A stretch of 62,585 nt of DNA from Holosporaceae bacterium. Its GTDB lineage: Bacteria > Pseudomonadota > Alphaproteobacteria > UBA3830. The notes under the pieces were generated by a model. The model ran no database searches. It saw only the letters and a program-made list of their open reading frames with translations, and was not told where the DNA came from. The stretch covers positions 1 to 62,585 of the forward strand of contig JAISZX010000061.1 of NCBI GenBank assembly GCA_031284365.1, given 5' to 3'. This document shows positions 8,901 through 17,160 of the stretch, piece by piece. The position numbers were made by a program, and so were the translations under genes. Numbering within the stretch: position 1 is the first letter of the stretch; each line of letters begins with the position of its first letter.

Positions 8901-11900
8901 AAAATATTTGACGACAAAACAGCAGCAAAATTGAAAAAGATAAAAGAATCTACACCGGGCAAACTAGCAAGATCAGTTATGTCCAAGGATAAGCTAGAGC
9001 AGTTATATCTAAAGGAAGAATTTGAACTGGGCTTCGATGATATGGCCGTTTCAAAAATTAGAGAATACCTGAAAAAATATAGAAAAGTTGGCTATAAGAA
9101 ACCAAAGCTAAATGCTAGAGATGCTGCCTACTATTCAGATATGATTCCAGATAGACCAGTGCCAGACAAATTAAAGAATAGGGATGGTAAATCTCAGAGT
9201 GGAACTACCGGTGCTAAATCGTCTACAACGGCGAGAACACCTCAATCTAAAATTACAGCGGAAGGTACTACCACTGAAAAACATGAAGGAGATACAAAAC
9301 TTCAAAATGATGATGAAGCTTTTGCCTACCCAGGTGAATCAGAGGCACATAAAGCCAGTGAAGAAACAGGTGATATATTGTCATCACTAGTCGGTAAAGA
9401 AGTGGGTGATGTACTGTCGTCATCGGTTGGTGATGGAAAAACAGGTGATATAGTATTGTCATCGACCGATGGTGAAGAGACTGGTAATATAATATCGTCA
9501 TCGGTCAGTGAATCCGAATCGGAAAAACAAAAACAGAAGGAGACTGATAGTGCAAAAAGCAAAACCAAAAAAACTGACAAAAAAAGAAAATCAGATGAAA
9601 ATCTGGAAAAACACGAAATTGACAGGAAATATGAAAATAAAATTAGAGAAAAAGAACTTGAAAAGAAGGGAAAGAACACAGAAAAAGGACAACAGAAGAT
9701 AGGCGATGATCAAATTATTAAAAGGAAATCCGGAGATGAAGAGAAATTTACGTTCGAATATGAAGGTGAAAAGGTAACTGCTGAACCTAAGACTAACGGA
9801 CAGAGAAAAAATGTATCGGAGCGTGATGAGAAAGATACAGGTAAATCTGTGATAGATGATGGCACTGGGATCGTCGAAACAAAATTAAAGGATGGCTACA
9901 AACAAGTGTCAAAAAATACCTCTGAATCTAACCAGCAGGACGAGGCATTGTCTATCGATAGCCAGAAAAAGAAGAATAAAGAAGATGAGAATACTACAAA
10001 ACTTAAAAAAGATAAAGAAATCTCCACATATTCGGATAAATCTGAATTAAAAAAATCAGAGCAGAAAACATCATCACTGGAAGAGGAGGCGGATGATGCG
10101 AAAGATAAAACTAAGAAAAAATCTGGTGAAGAAAAGAAACTGAATATAGAGTCCGAAAGTTCCGAACAAAAACAGCCGGGTGAATCTGAACTGAAACAGC
10201 ACGGGCAGAAGAAAAATGAAGAAGATTTGAAATCTGCTGAAAATCTAGATGAAAATAGTGAACACAAAGAAGTTTCCACCTCCTCCAATGAGTCCAAGGT
10301 TGACAAAAAAGTTGATAGTGAATCCTCATCTTCGGAGAAAGAAATCGATGGTGAAGAGAATAAAATTAAAGAAGTTGGCAAAGAAGATAAACTGGATAAA
10401 GAACCAAAAGAACGTGAAGTTAGCGAGAAACATGGAAGTGAAACTAAAGAAGGAGCAAAAGAGAGGGAAATAAAAGAAGAGGGAGGAGAAAAAGAAGGAG
10501 AAAATATAGAAGAAAAAGAGAAAGGAACAAAGGAAGAAGAAAAAGAAGTAAGAGAAGACAAAAAAGAAATAGAGAAAGGAGAAGGAGTAAAAGAAGATGG
10601 AAAAGAAGTAGAAGTAGAGGAAAAAATAGAAGAAGAAAAGGGAGAAAACGTAAAAGAAGGAAGAGATAAGGAAAAAGAAGGAAAAGAAGAAAAAAATGTG
10701 GAAGAAAATATAAAAGAAGAAAAAGAAGAAGAGTCAAACGAAGAGGAAAAAGAATTATCTGGGAACAGTGAAGAAGCTAGCATCATAGAAGATGAAAATA
10801 GAGAAGAAATTGATGAAGAATTTGAGATTGTTAAGAAATATAAAAATGAAACTGAAAAAGAAGAAATAGTAGAAAACGAAGAGAAGGAGAGAGAGGAAGA
10901 GAAAGAAGAAGAAAGAGAAGAAGAGATAAAAGAAGAGATAGAAGAAGAGATAGAAGAGGTAAAAAAAGAAAGAAAAGATAAAGAAGAAGAAAGAGAAGAA
11001 GAAAGAGAAGAAGAAAGAGAAGAAGAAAGAGAAGAAGAAAGAGAAGAAGAAAGAGAAGAAGTAAAAGAAGAAGTAAAAGAAGAAGTAAAAGAAGAAGTAA
11101 AAGAAGAAGTAAAAGAAGAAGTAAAAGAAGAAGTAAAAGAAGAGGTAAAAGAAGAGGTAAAAGAAGAAGTAAAAGAAGAGGTAAAAGAAGAGGTAAAAGA
11201 AGAGGTAAAAGAAGAGGTAAAAGAAGAAAGAAAAAATGAAGAAGAGGGAAGAGAAGATAGAAAGGATGAGAGAGAAGAAGATAAAGAAGGAATAAAAGAA
11301 AAGGAAGGGGAAAATATAGTAGAAGAAAGAGAAGAAGATATAGAAGAAGTAAAAGAAGAGGTAAAAGAAGAAAGAAAAGATGAAGAAGAGGGAAGAGAAG
11401 AAAAAAATGTGGAAGAAAATATAAAAGAAGAAAAAGAAGAAGAGTCAAACGAAGAGGAAAAATCGTATAAAGCAGATGATAATCAAACCGATGAAAATAT
11501 CAGTGAACGGGAAGACACTTTGGAAGAAGATAAGAAAGGAGAATATTATTATGATGAATCCGATAGTGCAGAAAATGAAATTGGAGAGAAAATTAACGAA
11601 AAATATGAATCGGAACAGCAAGATATGGCGTCCTCTAATAATGATGATCAAGATAGTAGAGATTCAGAACTCATGGAGAGCTCATCGTCGGCAGATCAGA
11701 GTGAAGTTGAAAAAGAACGTTCAGCAGAAGAACATAACACTCCGAAGGAGGAAGATGTTACAGCCATATTGACCTCTGGAGATGCTATGGTAATCGTTGA
11801 AGGTCAAGCTGATGTTCTATTCGATAATGAGGCTAATGTGTTGGTTAAAAACGAGGCCGATACCGTGGTATCAGCTGTAAAAAATGATTCCGACGCTAGC

Positions 11901-12023
11901 GAAAAGTTAACAAAAGAAGAAGAAGCTAAGATAAAACAGGAGAATCTAGAGAAAATGATAGAGAAAGCTAAAAAAATAGAAAAAATGATCAAAGAAGAGA
12001 AAGAACAAAATGATAAAAAATAA
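5943..12023 (+). CDS. giant polytopic membrane protein, VirB6/TrbL-like core with about 1200-aa acidic repeat tail
   Basis: GTG start. Architecture: N-terminal TM, an about 430-aa soluble domain, a cluster of at least 6 TM helices (aa about 470-800) and a long hydrophilic tail. The TM cluster includes LFGLFDQTSTFMKNWLKFIFSKCLELISFF, which resembles the TrbL/VirB6 F-x-x-W-L region. This is the layout of Rickettsiales VirB6 paralogues. The family call is by eye only. Confidence 0.5.
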   Translation: MAQNILKKLKHAAGILGEKIIDTIKKIAKTLFVFVIIIVIIILVYLIIILVFSVTNSKELKGTCIEADEFGQKRNTIPAKPISNSDYLLESKTYSHEKFMERIKQTNLRLSLTGEPIMINIIGKWIPWLSNLTKEDKRSIGLDDNFFCSLEKHKVTGSYSFSNNAEENELYYIRNYYSGIKESMTKTIGEDRKISIKGLEEIPERQKECWLTRGAGMYLAAYGVNGKTEPSAFHHVLASKMICNEIDWFGGKTKNDNYIITPYNIGDSNYNYRLNDFKKNYFSISYYEDPSDVNTDLNDEDKTILIQNGGQIIYNIEAHENLLIDKGIKNYGLIIANSMAKFAQACYRISRDIEGKNYRSYKSYFQYGPKTLYRNIAGLQNIKYDYGEKIQMIIVDKYYKNNSGDYQIEIISGIELDDANGIEGKLQEVEFFLLGTPYVGQLKDRTDGMIARIFHNVLSNDFVLFVRASMALYIAIYGFRVAFGFKKNKNDKSAITRRDLMMTMIKLSVITAITSPNAFSFFSSVIMSFTINGTIGIVDMIAGIFRNSSVNNTISLVGGLKYASNIPTLSRNFAIVDEVAAFFVDKPLLAKAFSFVFMKGINFLFGVIISIAMLLTMLFYLLKLLQAIVPFIFVLIQFTLVLPLAPLFILFGLFDQTSTFMKNWLKFIFSKCLELISFFTAFYFCTNIIDNYVKKLLSFRVCFKGLGDLLFPNSEGKKAVEVKNFNDFFEVNWIKEILNNFIAIIREDLPNNFFMYYMINILITVALTIMFDTITKEIMTIIGSILTIDGATANEGGGASALGSFDKFGVSSQLVNFSKTMGLATLQKESDALSWTKGLVDLEKGIGENAVKVLRGAKNVAEFVASPSKESLGNLIQKSTSWTDEKGNVHGAFDKGSLIDLSGNSGGLMVGDAPSNKDEGLSWADTVKKMDDVMSRDFKDTMVDRLIDDEGEKKLGKDVSKDIDLLKERNREFKNQIRELSDEDISKIFDDKTAAKLKKIKESTPGKLARSVMSKDKLEQLYLKEEFELGFDDMAVSKIREYLKKYRKVGYKKPKLNARDAAYYSDMIPDRPVPDKLKNRDGKSQSGTTGAKSSTTARTPQSKITAEGTTTEKHEGDTKLQNDDEAFAYPGESEAHKASEETGDILSSLVGKEVGDVLSSSVGDGKTGDIVLSSTDGEETGNIISSSVSESESEKQKQKETDSAKSKTKKTDKKRKSDENLEKHEIDRKYENKIREKELEKKGKNTEKGQQKIGDDQIIKRKSGDEEKFTFEYEGEKVTAEPKTNGQRKNVSERDEKDTGKSVIDDGTGIVETKLKDGYKQVSKNTSESNQQDEALSIDSQKKKNKEDENTTKLKKDKEISTYSDKSELKKSEQKTSSLEEEADDAKDKTKKKSGEEKKLNIESESSEQKQPGESELKQHGQKKNEEDLKSAENLDENSEHKEVSTSSNESKVDKKVDSESSSSEKEIDGEENKIKEVGKEDKLDKEPKEREVSEKHGSETKEGAKEREIKEEGGEKEGENIEEKEKGTKEEEKEVREDKKEIEKGEGVKEDGKEVEVEEKIEEEKGENVKEGRDKEKEGKEEKNVEENIKEEKEEESNEEEKELSGNSEEASIIEDENREEIDEEFEIVKKYKNETEKEEIVENEEKEREEEKEEEREEEIKEEIEEEIEEVKKERKDKEEEREEEREEEREEEREEEREEEREEVKEEVKEEVKEEVKEEVKEEVKEEVKEEVKEEVKEEVKEEVKEEVKEEVKEEVKEERKNEEEGREDRKDEREEDKEGIKEKEGENIVEEREEDIEEVKEEVKEERKDEEEGREEKNVEENIKEEKEEESNEEEKSYKADDNQTDENISEREDTLEEDKKGEYYYDESDSAENEIGEKINEKYESEQQDMASSNNDDQDSRDSELMESSSSADQSEVEKERSAEEHNTPKEEDVTAILTSGDAMVIVEGQADVLFDNEANVLVKNEADTVVSAVKNDSDASEKLTKEEEAKIKQENLEKMIEKAKKIEKMIKEEKEQNDKK
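10686..10751 (+). repeat. 66-bp direct repeat, copy 1 (identical to 11397..11462)
   Basis: The string gaagaaaaaaatgtggaagaaaatataaaagaagaaaaagaagaagagtcaaacgaagaggaaaaa is present at both sites. I compared them base by base. Confidence 0.9.
10983..11222 (+). repeat. coding tandem array, 20 x 12 nt
   Basis: 6 x gaagaagaaaga (EEER) are followed directly by 14 x gaagaRgtaaaa (EEVK). It lies in frame within the 5943..12023 CDS. Confidence 0.95.
11397..11462 (+). repeat. 66-bp direct repeat, copy 2
   Basis: Identical to 10686..10751. The offset is 711 nt, which is 237 codons. Confidence 0.9.
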
Positions 12024-12070
12024 AAACTGAGCAATTTTTTCGTTAGCTATTGTCCAGTAGAAGAAAGAAT

Positions 12071-13918
12071 TCACTGAAATATACCCTCGACGATATTTTT
12101 CCATAGTCTCGCTGGCAGATTACCTCCCATTATTCCGTCCATTTTTGTGCCATCGTCATTGCCTATCCACACACCTATAGTCAAATCATTGGCAAATCCG
12201 ACAAACCAGGCATCAATATTGTTCTTGCTGCTACCAGTTTTTCCTCCGATGAAAAATTTGTTATCAGCATTCATCATATTGTATGCGATGGTTTTGTTTA
12301 CCAAGCTATCTACTGCAGCTTTTTTCCCGGTGCCTTCATTTACCACAGAATACAGAAGATATTGCATACTATCAATAGTCTTGTCGCTGAGAACTGATTT
12401 TTCCTCCAGAATGCCACTTTCGTAGAGTATCTTTTCTGCGGTGTTTACACGCCTTATTCCATGGGGTAGTACAGGAATTCCATCATTAAGGATAGTTGCA
12501 TAGGCCGCCGTAATTTCCAACAGTGTACTTTCCTGACTGCCCAGTGATATCGTCAAATCATTTCTAAATTTGCCAGTCAGACCCAATTTTCTAGCAATTT
12601 TTACTATTCTATCTATTCCAAAATTGTCAGCAATCTGGACAGCTACAGAATTGGAGGATGTTATAAAGGCCTCTTTCACTGTCATTTGTCCACTATATTT
12701 TTCACCATAGTTCTCCGGCTGCCAATTACCAACTCTGATTGGCTCATCAATAAAGCTGTCGCTTATTTTTAGACCATTTTCAAAGCCAGCTAGATAGACA
12801 AACAGTTTAAAAATAGAGCCGGTTTGTCTCCTGGCGTACACTGCCCTATTAAATTGGCTCTGGTGATAATTTTTGCCGCCAATCATCGACAGAATTTCAC
12901 CTTTTCTATTCATAGCTATAACGGCAATTTCAGCATTCTTCAAAATATCTCTATTTTCCCTCACAAAATCATCGACCACTATGACGGTTTCATTCTGTAC
13001 AAATTTATCGAGCGTTGTCACCACTGATATTTTATTCATTCTACTTTCCAGACCGATGATTCCCCACTGGCTATTTATCCAATCGGTAAAATAGTAATTT
13101 TGAGCTCTCAGATCTTTCTGTTTCAGAATCGGCAAAGATATGTCATGAATTATATTCGCAATTGCGCAGTCATCATCAATAAAACCAGCTTTTTGCATAT
13201 TAATGATAACTTGAGTCATTCTACCAACTGCCAACTCCACACTATTTACTGGACTATATCTAGTTGGAGCCTTTAGCAGGCCGACTAGCATTGCACACTC
13301 CTGTAGCTGCAATTTACTCAACTCTTTAGCGAAATAAAATCTACTAGCTTCCCTTACACCCCACTGGCCAGCTCCAAAATAGGCCTTTGCCAGATACATA
13401 GCTAATATATCTTCCTTAGCCAGATACTTCTCGAGCTCCACCGTCAGAATCAACTCTCTAATTTTTCTGCTAATCGTTCTACTACTATCACTGATGATAA
13501 TTTTTGACAGCTGCTGCGTTATAGTGCTACCGCCCTGTGCTATTTGCCCACTTCTAACATTAACCACCAGAGCTCTAAGAATACCAAAATAGTCAATTCC
13601 CCGATGGCTGAAAAATTTTCTATCTTCGGTAGCCAATAGAGCATTTACTAGATCCTTTGGTATATCTTCTAGTTTTATCGTATTGATACCCGATTCACCG
13701 TAAGCTTTTATGATATCCACACCATTCGAGTAAACTATCTTTGTATTTTGCACACTGCTGCTAGCTATTATTTCGTCGACGGTGGGCATTCGAAGTCTAT
13801 AGAAGGTATACACCAGAAACAGTAGTATCGCCACCGTTCCCAGCAGAGATAGAAGGCTGATCAAAAATTTCAGCAAAAAAACAAGTGTTGTACGGACAAT
13901 AATCGTTTTTCTTCCCAC
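12071..13918 (-). CDS. mrcA: class A penicillin-binding protein (transglycosylase/transpeptidase), PBP1A-like
   Basis: GTG start and an N-terminal TM. Glycosyltransferase motifs ATEDRKFFSHRGID and GGSTITQQL are present. Transpeptidase SxxK (TGSIFK), SxN (SSN) and KTG (GKTGSS) are present. Confidence 0.9.
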   Translation of the reverse strand: MGRKTIIVRTTLVFLLKFLISLLSLLGTVAILLFLVYTFYRLRMPTVDEIIASSSVQNTKIVYSNGVDIIKAYGESGINTIKLEDIPKDLVNALLATEDRKFFSHRGIDYFGILRALVVNVRSGQIAQGGSTITQQLSKIIISDSSRTISRKIRELILTVELEKYLAKEDILAMYLAKAYFGAGQWGVREASRFYFAKELSKLQLQECAMLVGLLKAPTRYSPVNSVELAVGRMTQVIINMQKAGFIDDDCAIANIIHDISLPILKQKDLRAQNYYFTDWINSQWGIIGLESRMNKISVVTTLDKFVQNETVIVVDDFVRENRDILKNAEIAVIAMNRKGEILSMIGGKNYHQSQFNRAVYARRQTGSIFKLFVYLAGFENGLKISDSFIDEPIRVGNWQPENYGEKYSGQMTVKEAFITSSNSVAVQIADNFGIDRIVKIARKLGLTGKFRNDLTISLGSQESTLLEITAAYATILNDGIPVLPHGIRRVNTAEKILYESGILEEKSVLSDKTIDSMQYLLYSVVNEGTGKKAAVDSLVNKTIAYNMMNADNKFFIGGKTGSSKNNIDAWFVGFANDLTIGVWIGNDDGTKMDGIMGGNLPARLWKNIVEGIFQ

Positions 13919-14585
13919 GAAACTTTTCCAAATTATTGGATCAGTGGAAACAATTGAGTTACAAAGTACACAGAGAGCTTAATTAGCTTAAATCTAACGA
14001 AAAATAGTAACAGATAAATTTTATTTTTTGCAAGATTTTCCCTAACTAGGATAAGAAAATTTGACAATCGCAGTCTCACATTTCTTTTCAAAATAATCAG
14101 GTTCAAGACAACTTTAGATTAATCTCTAAATTTAGAAAGCTACAACAGGATTATAAAAAACAAGTATACAAACTACTCTCCTGTTTCAAGAAATAGGTTC
14201 CATGGATATTAATCTATCTTTTTGTGAAGCTGTTTCTTTTCCTCCTATTTCTCTCCATCGTTTTCTTCAATGGTACTTTCTTCATCTATGAATATACTAA
14301 AGACCGTGTTGTTACTGTTGAATTTCTCCGTAGCGTGAAAATTTTTAGGTAATTCTATTGCTGGACTAGTTATAACATGGATTGGTTCTTTTGAAATTAC
14401 AATTAATTATTAGCTAAACGTTAGCACATTGACATATGTGATGCTTTTATTACATCACATTCTTTTAATTCTTTACAAAAAGAATACTAGATTCAAAATA
14501 ACTTCAGAGAAAACTATTTCAGAGGAGATTCTTTCTAAACTTGTTGATAAATCAATGTATATTTCCTGTCTAGGTCTTGTAGCAA

Positions 14586-15071
14586 TTAAGATTGTTCTCT
14601 TGTGGTTCTTACTATTCTCTCTTTCACAATTCTCATTTCTTCTCTTTTATTCTCTCTATCTCTGATACTTTGTCTCTTATCGTACAATTTTTTACCTTTT
14701 GCAACAGCAATTTTAAGCTTTGCATAGTTTTTATCGTTTATGTAGAGAACGAGAGGGATACAGGTAAATCCCTTTAGTTTTATCTTACCACCGATTTTGT
14801 TTATTTCTTTGCGATTTAGCAGTAATTTCTTCTTTCTACTAGGTTCGTGCCTGAACACTGTGGCCAGTCTATACTGTGCGATGTTCAGATTGTGTATGTA
14901 TAACTCATTCTCGTTCAATTCTATGTGTGAATCTTGAATATTCGCTCCGCAAGTTCTTAGGCTTTTGATTTCACTTCCCTGTAGAACTATTCCAGCGTTA
15001 TACTCCTGTTCTATGAAGTATTCGTAGTTTGCCTTTCTATTCTGAGCTACAATTCTATAGTTATTTTTCAT
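14586..15071 (-). CDS. smpB: SsrA-binding protein SmpB
   Basis: NRKANYEYFIEQEYNAGIVLQGSEIKSLR ... LLLNRKEINKI ... KGFTCIPLVLY ... KLKIAVAKGKKLYDKR is the canonical SmpB pattern. Confidence 0.95.
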   Translation of the reverse strand: MKNNYRIVAQNRKANYEYFIEQEYNAGIVLQGSEIKSLRTCGANIQDSHIELNENELYIHNLNIAQYRLATVFRHEPSRKKKLLLNRKEINKIGGKIKLKGFTCIPLVLYINDKNYAKLKIAVAKGKKLYDKRQSIRDRENKREEMRIVKERIVRTTREQS

Positions 15072-15079
15072 AGCAACTC

Positions 15080-16126
15080 CTAAACTACTCCGGCTTTAAA
15101 TAAATCCTGTATATGTATAATTCCGACTACTTCCATATTCTCTCTGACAACAAATATGGTCTGAATATATCTTCCCATTTCTGTCATATTTGCCAGTGCC
15201 TCAACGGCCAATTTATCCTCTAATATAAATTTAGGATCCGATGTCATTATGTCTGCTATATTTTTAGCTGTAATATTGCCATATTCTAAAGTTTTTCGTC
15301 TTATGTCACCGTCCGAGATAACACCAATCAGCCTATTATTTTCATCAACTATACCAACGGTTCCCACTCCTTTAAGACTCATCTCCTGTAGAGCTTCGGT
15401 GACACTTTTATTAATGGTTATCAGAGGAATAGTGCCGGCCATACGCATTATATCTCTTGCCCCCAGAAGTTGAGCTCCCAATTTACCTCCTGGATGAAAG
15501 GCTTTAAAGTTTTCGTTGCCAAACCCCCTCAAATCTATAAGAACTGTAATTATAGCATCCAAATAGGCCATAAACATTATGGTGTCGGTAGTGGGAGAAT
15601 TTATTTCATTTGTCTGTGGCATATTTTGCAAAACTATAGCTAAATCGGCAGAGCGGGCCAGGAAGGAATCTTGCCGACGAGTGATGCATATGAGTTTTAT
15701 GGCAAATCTTTTGCAGTAGGCCACTATATCATTCAATTCTATAGACCCACCCGAATTGGAAATCAAAATCACAATGTCATACTTAGTTATCATTCCCAGA
15801 TCACCGTGGCTTGCCTCCGATGGATGTATAAAAAATGATGGAGTACCCGTGGACGCCAGTGAAGCTGCAGCTTTTCTAGCTACATAGCTTGGTTTGCCAA
15901 TGGCGCTAAGAAAAACTCTTCCCTTTGTTCTTAGGATAATGTTGACGAGTTCAACAAATTTATCATCTATAGACTGATCTGCTATTGTCTTTATGCCGTC
16001 AATTTCGGTTTCTATTGATTTTTTACCGAGAACGAGGATCTTTTTCCTGTTCAGTTGACTGAGCATAAAAAATAAAATTGATTTATTAGGTGTAGAGAAT
16101 AGTATCCTCTGGAATTTAAAATTCAA
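15080..16126 (-). CDS. kpsF: arabinose-5-phosphate isomerase KpsF/GutQ (SIS + 2 CBS)
   Basis: SIS motifs (GRVFLSAIGKPSYVARKAAASLASTGTPSFFIHPSEASHGDLGM ... ILISNSGGS) and C-terminal CBS pair. The true start may be the internal Met at about 16066. Confidence 0.85.
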   Translation of the reverse strand: MNFKFQRILFSTPNKSILFFMLSQLNRKKILVLGKKSIETEIDGIKTIADQSIDDKFVELVNIILRTKGRVFLSAIGKPSYVARKAAASLASTGTPSFFIHPSEASHGDLGMITKYDIVILISNSGGSIELNDIVAYCKRFAIKLICITRRQDSFLARSADLAIVLQNMPQTNEINSPTTDTIMFMAYLDAIITVLIDLRGFGNENFKAFHPGGKLGAQLLGARDIMRMAGTIPLITINKSVTEALQEMSLKGVGTVGIVDENNRLIGVISDGDIRRKTLEYGNITAKNIADIMTSDPKFILEDKLAVEALANMTEMGRYIQTIFVVRENMEVVGIIHIQDLFKAGVV

Positions 16127-17160
16127 TGGCAGTGTGTATTTGGTCTCTAGAAGATGGCAAAGTGGGAAGTAGTAAGCAGGCCGGGTCGTTGGCTAGGGCG
16201 TTGGATAGTGCAGCAGTTACCAAAAAAATAGTGTATACACCGCTGATAGGTATACCTAATTTAATTAGACCGTTGTGGGTCGGAATTGATTTCAAGAATA
16301 GTGATAACATTGTTTCGGTGGCGGCCGAGGAGGTGCCAGAGGTCTTGGTGTTTGCAGGAAGAAGATCTGCAGGGGCGGCTCTTTTTCTGAAGAAATATTT
16401 TCTATCAAAGTTTGGCAAGAAAGTTAAACTAATAGCTATACTGAATCCTAATTATAATTTTAAACATTTTGATCTGGTTATACTGCCAATGCATGATGTA
16501 GCCAGCGGGAAAGGTAAAACAGGTGGCAATGTTATGTATATAAATGGTTCTCTTTGCAATGCTATCTTACCTCCCCTGGATTCCGTTGAAGATTATTGGA
16601 ACAATGAACTAAATGGCAGCGAGGAGCCATTTTTCTCGCTGATGGTGGGTGGAGATACAAAAAATAGCAGAATTGATCCAGTAAAGTTCGGCATAATACT
16701 AGAAAAAATATCTGGCTACGTCATTGGCAGAAATGGAACGCTGTTGGTAAGTACCAGCAGAAGGACCAGTTTTGCCTGTCTAGAGGAGATTAAAGAACAT
16801 CTAAGGTGCCACCATCATCTCTATGAATGGAGCGTTGACAGCCATATACCCAATCCGTATTATCTCTTTATAAAGAGGAGTTCAATGGTTTTTTTGACAG
16901 GAGATTCGATATCGATGGTGTCAGAGGTTGCCACCATAGGTAAACCAATATACGTATACATGCCAAGCGAATTGTCTGGAAAGAAGCACATACGATTCCT
17001 AAAAAATCTGGTTGAGTCAGGAATTGCTCGGGAGATAGAGGCTGATACCAACACAATTGAAAAATTTGGAAGTTCGGAAACTTTGAATGAACTTGATAGA
17101 GTATCAAGATTTGTTAAAAACAACATTTTGAACAATGCTAACTATGTTAATACTATATAG
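16126..17160 (+). CDS. ELM1/DUF1022-family protein (putative glycosyltransferase commonly linked to waaA)
   Basis: IWSLEDGKVGSSKQAGSLARAL ... FDLVILPMHD ... LMVGGDTKN ... LLVSTSRRT ... LTGDSISMVSEVATIGKPIYVY follows the ELM1 family pattern as I recall it. Confidence 0.75.
   Translation: MAVCIWSLEDGKVGSSKQAGSLARALDSAAVTKKIVYTPLIGIPNLIRPLWVGIDFKNSDNIVSVAAEEVPEVLVFAGRRSAGAALFLKKYFLSKFGKKVKLIAILNPNYNFKHFDLVILPMHDVASGKGKTGGNVMYINGSLCNAILPPLDSVEDYWNNELNGSEEPFFSLMVGGDTKNSRIDPVKFGIILEKISGYVIGRNGTLLVSTSRRTSFACLEEIKEHLRCHHHLYEWSVDSHIPNPYYLFIKRSSMVFLTGDSISMVSEVATIGKPIYVYMPSELSGKKHIRFLKNLVESGIAREIEADTNTIEKFGSSETLNELDRVSRFVKNNILNNANYVNTI

Noticed and set aside
8210-8986. 258-aa minus-strand ORF
   Set aside because: It lies entirely within and antisense to the 2026-aa CDS, has Ser/Leu-rich low-complexity composition, and has no SD.
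10983-11222. Regularly spaced short repeats that could look like a CRISPR array
   Set aside because: The period is only 12 nt with no spacers, the repeats are contiguous, and they lie in frame inside a CDS. No cas genes are in the window.
9896-11448. Long minus-strand ORFs (9896..10786, 10444..10737, 10831..11448) encoding poly-Leu/Phe/Ser
   Set aside because: They are antisense to the polypurine coding tract. Complementing GAA/AAG runs gives TTC/CTT codons without stops, and the plus-strand gene is continuous.
13919-14585. tmRNA (ssrA) expected near smpB
   Set aside because: There is no tRNA-like T-arm or acceptor end and no tag-peptide reading frame on either strand. The gene is presumably elsewhere.
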